The notes under the pieces are model-generated. The model was not told the DNA's origin and made no database searches. It saw only the letters and a list, made by a program, of their open reading frames with translations. A program made the translations under genes and the position numbers. From the human T2T-CHM13v2.0 reference genome, Homo sapiens, in assembly GCF_009914755.1 (NCBI RefSeq), contig NC_060927.1: a stretch of DNA of 64,000 nt. One strand, 5' to 3'. Of this stretch, positions 38,591 to 56,168 are shown piece after piece (the stretch's first letter is position 1; each line of letters begins with the position of its first letter).

Positions 38591-40129
38591 TAGGAAACTT
38601 TGAAGTTAAAGCCTTGGGTCAGTCATCAATGTCAGAAACATCTTAAAGAATAGATAGTGAGTACTAGACTTAGCCAAGATAGCCTCTTAGCTTGCCCCTA
38701 TAGAGGGTGGGTCTCTACAGAGAGGCGTTGACCCTATTCACCTGCACAGACAGTGATTGCCATTGTCAGTGTCAAGTTTGAAGAGAAATAGATGTCACTA
38801 CAGCAGCATAGCAGTTAAACTTTGCATTTTCAACCTTTTTCTTTCAAAGTCTCAAACCCTGAACCAACATGAACTTTCATGAGTGCAACCCATTTAAACG
38901 GAATATTGTCTGGGAGGAAGAACCAAACTCCATGCAATCCTAGTGTCCTCAGACAGTCTCTCTCTCACTTGTGGGATAACCCTAAGTGAATAAGAGCTGG
39001 TGTGACTTGAGCTCACATTGATCTTCAGGGTGGTACCCCTGTGCTCCAACATGTTTCCAAGAGGCGTCTGGGTATTCGGATGCCAGACCACCAACATGGA
39101 TGCCTGATCGAAAGCAGAGGTAAGTAATTGCTTCTCTGAAGTGATTTCAAGTTTCTCCAACAGAACTATGTGTATTTTCATTTCATAGTATCCCTTTATT
39201 TATAGCAAAACAGACCAAAATACCTGCAACTAGTCTGAGCCGATTTGAAATGACAGGTATGGGAATTCCCAGTTGAATTCACACCAAGCTACATTTTCAT
39301 ACATCCCTAAGGGCAAATTTTGTGACATCTCTCACCAGAATGTTCCAGCCTGCCAGATAGAGGTGAATACTGTGATTTCAACTTGAATATTACACATAAA
39401 CAAAAAGAATTATCTCAATAGCAACTTGCTTAAAGAAGCATCTTATAAACCTGAAGCACTTTAAGAACACTAAATTGGACTGATATGGATTTTTTCCCCT
39501 AATGTAGAAAGATATATATTAAAAAAAGGCCACAGCAGGGGCTGAAATATGTGACAAACAATTTGGAAACAGCTGTGCTGATTGTAATAGCCTCCCAATA
39601 ACATACTGCTTGTATTTTCTTCTCAGTTTGATTCTTTGACTCCAGGAAGTACTGGAAAGATACAAAACATTTTTCTATGGCAAACTGCTTTTAATATGAT
39701 CAATTACCTTTCCATCTTTATGCTGGGCTATGGTTTAAATTGCATGATTAATCTTTAACTCAAAGAGGTCTGAGGTGTGCTCTGTTTTTCTCCCTTTCTT
39801 TCTTTTCAAAAAGCATCTTAGAATTAAACAAAAATGTGAAAAAGGAATTTCAAATATCTATAGCAAGTGGTTTAATTTTTTAGCAACTATAGATGTTAGC
39901 TTACTGAAAAGAAAATTAAGACTGTTGTGAAACAGTCTGTGACTTTTATATGTTTAAAGCTCTGGCAACCAGAATCTCCAGAATATGTTGAAACTTCTCA
40001 AATTTTGCAATCCAGTTTTATGACCACAAAATCTTCCAGAAAGGTATGTTAAGTGCTTACCAGGTAGTATTAACTAGTAGTAAGTCTGGTATTTCTTACA
40101 TTTTAAAAATAATCTGGAATTTGTTTTCA

Positions 40130-40620
40130 TGTAAGGTCTGATGGTAGAATTATAACTTTCTTTTGTTTTTTTATAATTGGACAGCTAAATGGCTCAACTT
40201 CATCTCTTTCCTCTCTTCTCACTGAATTATAATGCCACTTTTAAACACGGAGTACATGTGCAAAAGTGTCCACAGACATGCCTCTCTTTTTTTTTTTCTG
40301 AATGTCCTATTCTATTCATTTGACCTCTCCATTCCTATCCTCATACCACATTGCAATAATTATAATTTTTTATTCCATTATTCTTTCTACTGCTAAATTG
40401 CTTTAGACCTTATTGTAACTCATTTATTCTTTCATATGAAATTAAAATAATGTTGTCCATTCTAGAAAAAAATAGCTCTATTATTCTTATGGGAATTGAA
40501 TTACATTTTAAAATTAATTTTGGGAAAATTAGCACTTTTAATATTGAACTTTCCTATCCAACAACATAGTGTATCTCTCTTCTATTCAAATGTTATAATT
40601 TCTTTCCTACAGATTCTTTA
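40130..40620 (-). mobile_element. Ancient L1M fragment
   Basis: Contains 'gaattgaattacatttt...ttgggaaaattagcac...ttcctatccaacaacatagt'. Confidence 0.55.
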
Positions 40621-41471
40621 TGTTACCTCTGCTGTGCTTTTAGTTGTCCCTCAGCTCCACAGCAGAAACACATCATCTGAATGAAACTTAGTCCTTCCTT
40701 AGTTTCCTCTGGGAGACTTCACCAAGGCAGGCAATAAGGGTACCATCTCTGAGGGTTAAGACAGGTATTTCTAGCATTTCCTAGGCTCAATTTCATGTTC
40801 CTGTTTCTGGTTAGCTCTCTACACAGGTTGTGTACTCATTTTTGCTATGCCTGTATCAATTTTTGATCCTTTTTCTCCCTCTCACCCTTGCTATGCATCA
40901 TTTGGCAAGCTGTATATTTAGTCCTTTGATCAGTGTCTTGATTTGATCAGGCTTGCAACCATTTCTGCCTCTCTTTCATACTGAGCCACAAAGCATATTC
41001 AAGGATATGTCCGGCTTGGGGGAAAATAGGCTGTACAGAGCTCTCTTCAGATTCCAGGCACTTTAATTCATAGTTCTCCAACAGACAATAGAGTACATCT
41101 TACTGACTGCCTAATAAAAAGAGGAGAAATTGCCCTCTGAATGTGCTATAATTGGATCATGTCTTTACTCTCATGGTATTCAATAGGGATCCAAGATGAT
41201 ATAAGGTTTTTTATCTCTCTATTAGTGTGAGACAGATATAAACCACAGTTAGGAAATCAGAAACTTTCCACTCCCATGATGGGGAATCGAATGAACAATT
41301 CAGATTCCACATTTATGGTAACCTTTTATGTATCAGGTGGAGTACTCGGTGTTTTCTGAGATATTATCTGACTAAGCTTTTCAAAAGATAGCCATGAGCC
41401 CAGAAATTTGAAATTTAAGAAAAGGTTATGAAAGCTTAAGTCCATGTATTGAAATTATGACAGGTGATAAC

Positions 41472-42197
41472 TGTCATGTTCAGAGTTCTTCAGAGTCCTT
41501 CAGAATGCACTGGTCCTCTTGCAAATAAGAAGAAACGGGGTTCTTGGTATAGGCCCTCATGGACACTGGGGGTGGGACAGGGAGACAGCATGGCTTCTCC
41601 AGGGGTGTGCTACCCACAGTGATGCCTGCTTGGTGCTGCTGGCAGCAGCCCATGAACAACATATACAAGTCAGCCAACTTGCCTCAGAGTCTCGTTACTA
41701 AACCTAGCAGACCCAGAGGCCTGTGAATTTAGAATGATAATCCCAAGTGCACTGGCCACACCACAGGCACTGACAGTCACCACCACGCCTATGGTTAAGA
41801 AAGCAGATGAAACATTATTATTGGCTCAATGCAAGTTTCATGAGCCTTACAACAAAGCCTATCCTTCCAAGAATAGTTCAAACTCACTTTATGAATGAAT
41901 CACCTGGTAACTGACCGAGATTGAATACAGGTATAAGAACAGAAATCTTCCAAACTCTAAGAATGGTCCACAGATGGAGACCCTCTCCATCAGGCAGTAA
42001 TCATTTGGCCCAGACGGTATCTTGCCCATGCCCTTATGCCACTTGCTCCTCCTCTCTGTCTTGTAAGAGCGCTGGCGAAACAAACTGCTTGAACATCAGA
42101 CTGTGTCTAAGACTCATCACTGGAATTGGATGGAAGAGGAAAAGCATCCCCCTGCAACCTGGTTAACTAGAACCACTCAAGAGGCCTGAATGTGACA
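41472..42197 (+). mobile_element. Solo LTR, probably ERVL class, family uncertain
   Basis: Inverted termini TGTCA...TGACA with a perfect 5-bp TSD ATAAC (41467-41471, 42198-42202). Strand is inferred from a U5-like right end. Confidence 0.72.
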
Positions 42198-42214
42198 ATA
42201 ACTCAGAGTCAATA

Positions 42215-42750
<536 letters not shown>

Positions 42751-43780
42751 TAAATTTCATATTCTTTACAGTACAATATTCTGCTTTCATTCACTTTTAC
42801 CATCTGCACAATTCTAAGAAGTTTAGAGAAGGTTGGTTACCTGATTTTATAATGTAAAACATTAGAAACAGTGAATTAGAAAGAGTTGGGAGACTACTAG
42901 AAGTACAAAAATTTATGACTGAAATTGAAGGAGGAGAAAGCTTTTTAAAAACATCCCCAAACACCAAAAACACCCCCAGAAAACTCCTCAAAACAAATGA
43001 CTTGGGGACAGTGAATGAAGAGGCAAATAGTTCCATATGTCCTCAATAATCTTTGAGGTTATCACTGGATTATGGCATTAAAAAGGGTTAACCTATATAC
43101 AGTCTATGCTGCTTAAAATGTCGAGAAAATTTCCCAGAGAATTTTGGGAATAGAAGGGACGCTTAGGGATCATGATGCCGAGCTGACTTATGGAAATAAA
43201 TAATCGAGGTCTAGAAAGTGACAGAGTTGATTCAGCCAAGTGCTGGTCATTGGCAGAGCCCAGCACAGACCTCACTTTCCCTAAATCCTGGCCTAGGAGG
43301 CTAACAACTCCTCCTGGCTTCTCCCAAGGATGTTTAGTGACACCTTAGAAACCTCTCATAAATATGGATAAAGAAGAGATCTCCTTGTTTGACATTGTTA
43401 AATTAGATGTCTAAATTTTACGTGTATCTTTTATCAATTGCTCATTTTTGCTCAATAAATTAGATACTAGATAAGTGCCTGCCTGAGAGATGATCATGCT
43501 CCAGTCAGAGAAACCAAGAAATAAAACAAAAGAGAAAGCACAGTGTGATAAGAAGAATGCTCAGGATGAAATGGGAGCCAAGAGGGCACCTAACACAGCT
43601 GGGCTTTAGAAAGAGTCAGGCATGTTTTCCAAGACAGGTGTTTTGCATTCAGTCTTGATGATGGATGCCTAGGGAATGAGCCAGGTGAATAAAGGAGGAA
43701 ATGCCATTTTGGGTAAAGGGATAGAATCTATCATCACGTGGAGTCTCTAGAGAAGTATCAGATATCTTACTTTGATTAGG

Positions 43781-43994
43781 CAAGAGTCAGCAAACTATAG
43801 TCAGCCTAATCCATTCTGTTTTTATAAATAAAGTTTTATTGGAACACCAGCCATGCCCATTTATTGACCTAGTGCATATGGCTGCTTTTGCACTACAACT
43901 AGTGTCAAGTAATTGCCATCAAAACCCTATGGCCCATAAAGCCTAAAATATTTACCATCTAGCCATTTACACGAAAACATTGACTGAACCCTGG
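43781..43994 (+). mobile_element. MER58A-like (hAT-Charlie)
   Basis: Contains 'aaataaagttttattggaacac' and 'aaagcctaaaatatttaccatct'. Confidence 0.8.
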
Positions 43995-44011
43995 ATTAGA
44001 ATAGATGGAGG

Positions 44012-44360
44012 CAGGGGGCAGATTGCACACTGGTGGCCCGTGGGCTTCATCTGATTGCTATGCTTTATTTAGTCTGCTCATTGTCTTTTCATTTATTAGT
44101 TTAAAAGAAAATACATTTAACATTTTAAAATTAGGAGAATTCACATAGAAAATCCAGATTTTTAACTTCTTTTGAAAAATCAGATCTGTCCCTTTTGGAC
44201 CTACTTTTCAGCATGGCAAGAATTAGAGCTAAAAAGCAGCAGTTGCCTTAAGGTGGGGAATGGGCTCTCCATTTTCCCGTTGTCCTTCCCACTCTCTCCC
44301 AGCCTACTTCACTTATCTATCTACCTTAGCCCTGTAGGAATCTAAGTTTACAAATTCCTG
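44012..44360 (+). mobile_element. MER102-like (hAT-Charlie)
   Basis: Contains 'actggtggcccgtgggc' and 'cacatagaaaatccagattttt'. Confidence 0.65.
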
Positions 44361-46769
44361 AAGAGGCTGGAGATAAAGGTGGTAGTGATTCAATGAAGGG
44401 CTAGGAATTATTTGTTAAGAACTTTCAACCTGATCCTGAGACGCCAGGCAGCCACTGGCCTCTGGCCTGACAAGACTGGTCTTTTAGAGAACAAGACTGA
44501 TAGCAACATAAAGAATGGACTATAGGAGAGAGAGTCCAGAGGCAATGGGATCACTTAAGAGGCTTTTGAATAAGTCCAGAAAGGATTGAGGGAGATCATA
44601 AAGTGGTATCAGAGTGAAGGTAAAGAGAAAATGGATCCTAGGAATATTTGCATGACAGCCAAGAACACAGCTGAGACTGAGATACAAGTAGGAGATCTTG
44701 GAGTGCTGGAACCGTGGGAGGAAAAGCATTAATATAGACCATTTCCTGAGCCCTCTTAGGGAATTCTCAACAGAGTCCTAAAGTCAATAATGCATAAGGC
44801 CTACTTTATGTGGCCAACTGATTGAACTTGTGTCAAGAGAGTTTTATATTAAATACATTGGGAGCTTTGGAGATCAGAAGTTGGAGGAGTATAGAGAGGG
44901 TCTTTGGAAGGGAGTGTAAAGAAAAGTATTCGATGCCAATGGTCAGAGCCTTCCATAATAGGAGTAGAATATTAGGGTAGCTGAAGGGAGAAGGGGCTTT
45001 GTCAGGAGTCTCAGGGCCCAATGTTCATTCCAGATTGGAAAGTCTGGTAACTGTAGAAAACCACAGACATCCCACAGGGGCTCAAAGACAGTACAAAGTT
45101 CATTTGCCACTTCCCACTCTTTCCTAATTCTGTCTAGAAGACAAAAGGTGGTTCCTGCTGGTGAGAGAGAGGTGGCCTTAGGACCAACCTGGCACGATGA
45201 CAGGAGAATGACCATTCTTCTCAGCCTCCTTGGATACACTACAGGGGAGACATTTCTTGCCTGATGAAAAGATCCTGATGAGCCTTCAAAGATATCCTCA
45301 TCTAACAGTAAGAAGTATCACCTTACAAAACTGAAATGCCACTTTCATCTGTGAACACAGAAATAATATCAAAATAGCTATTTATTTGAAGAAGAAATAA
45401 AGCAAGCAGATAGAATTTCCTATCTACTTGGCCTAGTGAAAGACTCAGAGGGTTTAGACCATTCTTCTGAAGAGAGAATTGGCAGTTTCCATGGAGCATC
45501 ACATCAAAGGGACTGCAGAACCATGAAACCCTGCATTTTGAAAATTGGGATAGCTTCCACAATCAAGCTCATCATAACAGTGAAAATAATTTTACAGAAG
45601 AGAAAGAATTGTTCTTTAGCAACCTACACACCTCTATCTAACTCATTCAGAAGAGCTGCTGAGGTAGTTTTCTAAGCCCTGTATTTTATTGATATTGTAG
45701 AGAGATGTTGAAGAATGTCCACAAGGAGTAACTGAAAGACAAGAGGAAAATCAAGGAGGTTAAAAAGAAAACACAGAAGATGCTGCCACTATAAAGATTA
45801 TACAGTTTCTCAAGCAAAATCCCAGACAGTGTTCAGTTTTTAAGAGAACTTGTCATAAATGTTCTAAGCAGAGTAATTTTGTTTGTGTAAGGGAGAATAA
45901 AGAAAGAAAAAGCATTTCCAAACACTAACTAATACTTAGAAAAAAGGAAGCTTACGCAAAGCAAACCGGAACCATTATGCTTGTCTGATGAAAATGGGAT
46001 TTTCAAATTTGCAAAAATTTACATTGTATACATAATGCAGACACATTTTCCATGCATAGCAGTCAAATATTAAAATCTTTACAGAAGCTTTTATTTTGTG
46101 TAATGCATGTATACAATGTTTTGCGTTGCCCTAGATAAAAATTCATCTCATGGTGTCATGCTGTGTCAATCCCGAGGAAAGGCAAATAAATCCTCATTTT
46201 ACCAGGACAATAGCTTTGGGTAAGAGGATAAACTAGCTCTCATTAATCTCCACTCTTTTCCAGCTGAATCCAGAGGACCACCCACATGGACAGCAGTTTA
46301 AGAAAGGACCAAGTCGAAGCACTTCTAAGCATACCCTTTTCTTTCTCAGTATCTCAGCAACTTCTGGTCCCGCCAACAGAAGAGGCCAAGTAATAAATAC
46401 CATTTTCATCATGTTTTACAGTTTACAAAGAGCCCATCGCATTAAGTTTTCACAAAGTTGCACCTGTATTTTGTTGAAGGTCAAATAGGGTAAGAAACTT
46501 GTCCAGGAACATTAGGAAGTGGCAGAGGTGGAGCTTCAACCTGGGTGTCTTTGGTCACCTAATACCTTCCCACTAAACCCCTTAACACAGCTGTATCTTA
46601 GCCACAGAAGAGAAGTGAGAGGCTGAGAGAATCCTTCTTCTGGTAGCCCCTGCCTCCATGAGTGATGCTATAGTCCTTTTGTTCATTTGCAGGGAGAATC
46701 CTACCTTTAAAAGACTTTTTTGATCTATTTCATTTGACATGTAATTCATTTACCTCACTTCAAAATATA

Positions 46770-46970
46770 CCATATATCTGATCCATCCTAAACTCCTCCA
46801 CTTTCTAGCTGAGGGGTTTTGGCAAGTAGTTGAACCTCCCTGAACCTCAGTTTTCTCATCTATTAATAGGATAAGAAGTAAGTATAGCATAGTTGTTGGG
46901 ATTATTAAATGAGCTGGGATATGTAAATCACTTATCAGTACTAACACATAGTAAACACTCAAGTGTTAAA
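46770..46970 (+). mobile_element. MIR directly upstream of the pseudogene
   Basis: Contains 'cctcagttttctcatct' and 'cacatagtaaacactcaa'. Confidence 0.75.
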
Positions 46971-47323
46971 ATTTAAAAATCAGCAGGGGGCTGGGCTGTG
47001 TTGAGTGAGAGGAGTAGTGCACCTGTACAGAGACCTGTGGTGGTGAGCTCAGACAAGCGCCCAGAGGTGGTGGACAAGCACCAGGGAGCCCACGTGGGTG
47101 TGGGCATCCAGAACAACTCCTCAGGCAGACTCAGCAAGAACTCAGAGGGCACCTGAGTTGCTCTAGGTGGTAACCAGCCTTTGAAAAAGGAGAAACAGGG
47201 GGGTGGAGCCAAGATGGCCGAATAGGAACTGCTCCAGTCTACAGCTCCCAGCGTGAGTGACGCAGAAGATGGGTGATTTCTGCATTTCCAACTGAGGTAC
47301 TGGGTTCATCTCACTGGTGAGTG

Positions 47324-47650
47324 TCAGAAAGTGGGTGCAGGACAGTGGGTGCAGCGACCAAGTGTGAGCTGAAGCAGGGCGAGGCATTGTCTCACCCAGG
47401 AAGTACAAGGGGTCAGGGAATTCCCTTTCCTAGTCGAAGAAAGGGGTGACAGACGGCACCTGGAAAATCGGGTCACTCCCACCCTAATACTGCGCTTTTC
47501 CAATGGTCTTAGCAAACGGCACGCCAGGAGATTATATCCCGCGCCTGGCTCAGAGGGTCCTATGCCCATGGAGCCTCGCTCATTGCTAGCACAGCAGTCT
47601 GAGATCAAACTGCAAGGTGACAGCGAGGCTGGGGGAGGGGCGCCCACCAT
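47324..47650 (-). CDS. L1 antisense ORF0 (open, 108 aa); expression unknown
   Basis: MVGAPPPASLSPCSLISDCCASNERGS...RVGVTRFSRC... lies in the L1 5'UTR. The Kozak context is gcaATGG. It is contained in the 47324-47719 ORF of the track. Confidence 0.6.
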   Translation of the reverse strand: MVGAPPPASLSPCSLISDCCASNERGSMGIGPSEPGAGYNLLACRLLRPLEKRSIRVGVTRFSRCRLSPLSSTRKGNSLTPCTSWVRQCLALLQLTLGRCTHCPAPTF

Positions 47651-48225
47651 TGCCAAGGCTTGAGTAGGTAAACAAAGTGGCCCAGAAACTTGAACTGGGT
47701 GGAGCCCACCACAGCTCAAGGATGCCTGCCTGCCTCTGTAGACTCCACCTCTGGGGGCAGGGCATTGCCAAACAAAAGGCAGCAGAATCCTCTGCAGACT
47801 TAAATGTCCCTGTCTGACAGCTTTGAAGAGAGTAGTGGTTCTCCCAGCATGCAGCTGGAGATCTGAGAACGGACAGACTGCCTCCTCAAGTGGGTCCCTG
47901 ACCCCCGAATAGCCTAACTGGGAGGCACCCCCCAGTAGGGGCAGACTGACACCTCACATGGCTGGGTACTCCTCTGAGACAAAACTTCCAGAGGAACGAT
48001 CAGGCAGCAACATTTGCTGTTTACCAATATCCGCTGTTCTGCAGCCTCCGCTGCTGATACCCAGGCAAACAGGGTCTGGAGTGGACCTCCAGCAAACTCC
48101 AACAGACCTGCAGCTGAGGGTCCTGACTGTTAGAAGGAAAACTAACAAACAGAAAGGACATCCACACCAAAAACCCATCTGTATGTCACCATCATCAAAG
48201 ACCAAAGGTAGAGAAAACCACAAAG

Positions 48226-49242
48226 ATGGGGAAAAAACAGAGCAGAAAAACTGGAAACTCTAAAAATCAGAGTGCCTCTCCTCCTCCAAAGGAACTCAGC
48301 TCCTCACCAGCAATGGAACAAAGCTGGACGGAGAATGACTTTGACGAGTTGAGAGAAGAAGGCTTCAGACGATCAAACTACCCTGAGCTAAAGGAGAAAG
48401 TTCGAACCCATGGCAAAAAAGTTAAAAACCTTGAAAAAAAATTAGACAAATGGCTAACTAGAATAAGCAATGCAGAGAAGTGCTTAAAGGACCTGATGGA
48501 GCTGAAAACCAAGGCACGAGAACTACATGACAAATGAACAAGCCTCAGTAGCCAATTCAATCAACTGGAAGAAAGGGGATCAGTGATGGAAGATCAAATG
48601 AATGAAATGAAGTGAGAAGAGAAGTTTAGAGAAAAAAGAATAAAAAGAAATGAACAAAGCCTCCAAGAAATATGGGACTATGTGAAAAGACCAAATCTAC
48701 GTCTGACTGGTGTACCTGAAAGTGATGGGGAGAATGGAACCAAGTTGGAAAACACTCTGCAGGATATTATCCAGGAGAACTTCCCCAATCTAGCAAGGCA
48801 GGCCAACATTCAAATTCAGGAAATACGGAGAACGCCACAAAGATACTCCTCGAGAAGAGTAACTCCAAGACACATAATTGTCAGATTCACCAAAGTTGAA
48901 ATGAAGGAAAAAATGTTAAGGGCAGCCAGAGAGAAAGGTCGGGTTACCCACAAAGGGAAGCCCATCAGACTAACAGCTGATCTCTCGGCAGAAACTCTAC
49001 AAGCCAGAAGAGAGTGGGGGCCAATATTCAACATTGTTAAGGAAAAGAATTTTCAACCCAGAATTTCATATCCAGCCAAACTAAGCTTCATAAGTGAAGG
49101 AGAAATAAAATACTTTACAGACAAGAAAATGCTGAGAGATTTTGTCACCACCAGGCCTGCCCTAAAAGAGCTCCTGAAAGAAGCACTAAACATGGAAAGG
49201 AACAACTGCTACCAGCCATTGCAAAAACATGCCAAATTGTAA
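48226..49242 (+). pseudogene. L1 ORF1p, disrupted
   Basis: Reads MGKKQSRKTGNSK...PLQKHAKL* with in-frame TGA stops at 48535 and near 48613. Confidence 0.95.
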
Positions 49243-49305
49243 AGACCATCGATGCTAGGAAGAAACTGCATCAACTAACAAGCAAAATAACCAGCTAACA
49301 TCACA

Positions 49306-53129
<3,824 letters not shown>

Positions 53130-53355
53130 ACAATGAGAACACATGGACACAGGAAGGGGAACATCACACACCGGGGCTTGTTGTGGGGTGGGGGGATGGG
53201 GGAGGGATAGCATTTGGAGATATACCTAATGTTAAATGACGAGTTACTGGGTACAGCACACCAACATGGCACATGTATACATATGTAACTAACCTGGACG
53301 TTGTGCACATGTACCCTAAAACTTAATATAATAATAATTTAAAAAAAAGAAATAG

Positions 53356-53736
<381 letters not shown>

Positions 53737-54779
53737 GACTGCACTAGCTTTTCAAAGCCGTAAGGAGATTTGGGATTTCTTGAAGGCTATTGCACGTGTT
53801 TTTGAGAGAAGTTATTGTGAACTTGCACAAGTAGTCATTGATAGTGCAAATGTAACATTATACATGGTGCACTTACAGAGTGCTATGATGAACTGGGGAA
53901 TAGATATCAGCTTCCAATCTATTGCTTGGCAGCAGCAATCACCATGACAGAGAAAAAGAACATAGAGACTCTGAATGTTCCTCAGCCACCACCCAATTCT
54001 AGTTATGAATGTCAGCTCCGTTTGTGTCTTGCCACAGGCAAAGCCCTCAAACTTTTGGTGTGCAGCACAGACACAGTATGCCACATGCAGAGGCGGTGAC
54101 TCGCAGCAGAAGGAGTGGAACTATGTAGTCAGCGGTGGTTCTTTTCTGGCAGACCTCTCACTAACAAAATGAAATTGGAAGAGCCAAAGATCCCAAAGGA
54201 CTGTGCTGTACAGGTTAGAGTGAGGCAACCTTTTCAAAACCCAACACCAGTTGAGAACTGAATTGGTCCCATTGGCTGATCCCCAGGCCCCTCCCGCTCC
54301 TTTTCATTGTTGCTGTCATTTCCTACTGGATGGTGTGAAATTTCTTTGCACTGCTCTGAATTCCCTATGAATGGATTTAGTTCTGAGGAATTACAAGTGA
54401 AAAATTTCATCTGTGAATGAGACCAACACAAATAATTAATAAAATACAAAGAGCTAAAACAAATAGTTGGAAGCTGGTAATGAATGAGCTTGGGTGGAGG
54501 TGAACATTTACTTCTCCAATTAAACTGTGAGCTGCCAGGAGGGCAGCCCATTATTTACTTAATATATCTGTATTTATTGTATTTGATTTATCTAATTTAA
54601 TGTATTATGTATTTTACCCTTCTAAACACCATTAGGAAAATACGGCTTTCTCACTGTAACTGCTGGGAAGGAGCATGCTTTTGTTTAGAATGTGAGCAAC
54701 TGGGGAGCAGAAGCTGTTTTCCTAAGGGACAGCTAGATGGAGGATGGAGGGATGGAGGGATAAAAGGAGAGAAAGGGTA

Positions 54780-55164
54780 CAGATGCACCTCCACTTACGA
54801 TGGGGTTACATCCCAATAACCTTATGGTAAGTTGAAAATATCGTTAAGTTGAAGATGCATTTAATATACACCTAACCAATGGAACATCATGGCCTAGCCT
54901 AGCCTACCTTAAATGTGCTCAGGTCACTTACATTCTCCTACACTTGGGCAAAATCATCTACCATAAAGCCTATAATATAATGTTGAGTACCTCATATCAT
55001 GTATTGAATACTGTTCCAAAAGTGAAAAACAGAATGGTTGTATGGGTGCTCTTAGTATGTTTCCTACTGAATGAGTGTCGCTAAACACTCTAGTATTTAG
55101 AGTTGACAATACTGTAAAGTTGAAAAATCATTACCTCAAAGCATTGTACATTGGAGACCATCTG
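54780..55164 (+). mobile_element. MER47A-like (TcMar-Tigger) DNA transposon
   Basis: TA|CAGATG...CATCTG|TA termini and 'cttacgatggggttacatccc'. Confidence 0.85.
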
Positions 55165-56012
55165 TATTATAAACACTCACTCTATCATATTTAACGTTAG
55201 TAAGATGGACTATAGAGACATATTTTAGTCATTTAAATGACTATGTTTGATTATTTCTGTTAGAATAATCATTTTTTGAACTGCAAAATAATTTTATGGC
55301 CTAAACTTTGGTGGTATCAGAGTTCATAACATAAAATTAGAAGACATTTTGTCAACAGTCTCATTTTATAGATGCTGTGAATCAGGCCCAAGGAATGTAT
55401 TTAAATATGTATTTAAAATATTACAGTCAATACTATTCTATTTTCTCCCAGATTAATATATTCAAAACTTCTTATTGAGCAAAAATAATAATAATGTAGT
55501 TCAGTTAAGTATATATATTTTTTCCAAAAGATTAAATCAATCATCAGCAAAGGAGCTACACTATCGAAATTTAACTATTTAGTCTTTTTGGGGTAAATTA
55601 TGACCATCTCCCTGTTTTCCTCTGTAACATCTGCATGTAGAGAAGTTACTTTTGTGGTGACATCATCAAGAGATAAGGTAATGTCTTAAAAATGTAACTG
55701 ACTCTAATCAGTAACCACACGGGGGAACCACTAAATAAATAAATGGCCTGTCCACCCAAATAATTTATCAATTAATAGACAATCATAAGCTTGACAGCTT
55801 GTCTGAGGTCCAAACTACTGACTCAACAAGTACATACTGAGTATCTACTAGTGCAGACAACTGTGCTGAACGAAGGTATAGGTTGGTGAGGAAAACAGAC
55901 ATTGTCCCTGCTAGCATGGAGTTTAAAATATATTAGGGAATAATAGACAATAAATGAGTAAACAAAATATAATTACAAATTATGATAAGTGCTACGATTG
56001 GGGCATAGTATT

Positions 56013-56114
56013 TAGAGTTGCCAATATTAAATACTAAGACTTTATTCATTATTGATCTGAAATTCAAATTTAACTGGGTGTCCTACATCTTTATTTGCTA
56101 AATCTGGTAGCCCT
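56013..56114 (-). mobile_element. MER53-like (hAT) fragment
   Basis: Contains 'atctgaaattcaaatttaactgggtgtcc...tttgctaaatctggtagcccta'. Confidence 0.7.
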
Positions 56115-56121
56115 ACCAGTA

Positions 56122-56168
56122 TATGTGCATGTGTGTGCGTGTGTGTGTGTGTGTGTGTGTATGTGTGT
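56122..56168. repeat. (TG)n microsatellite
   Basis: Seen directly. Confidence 0.95.
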
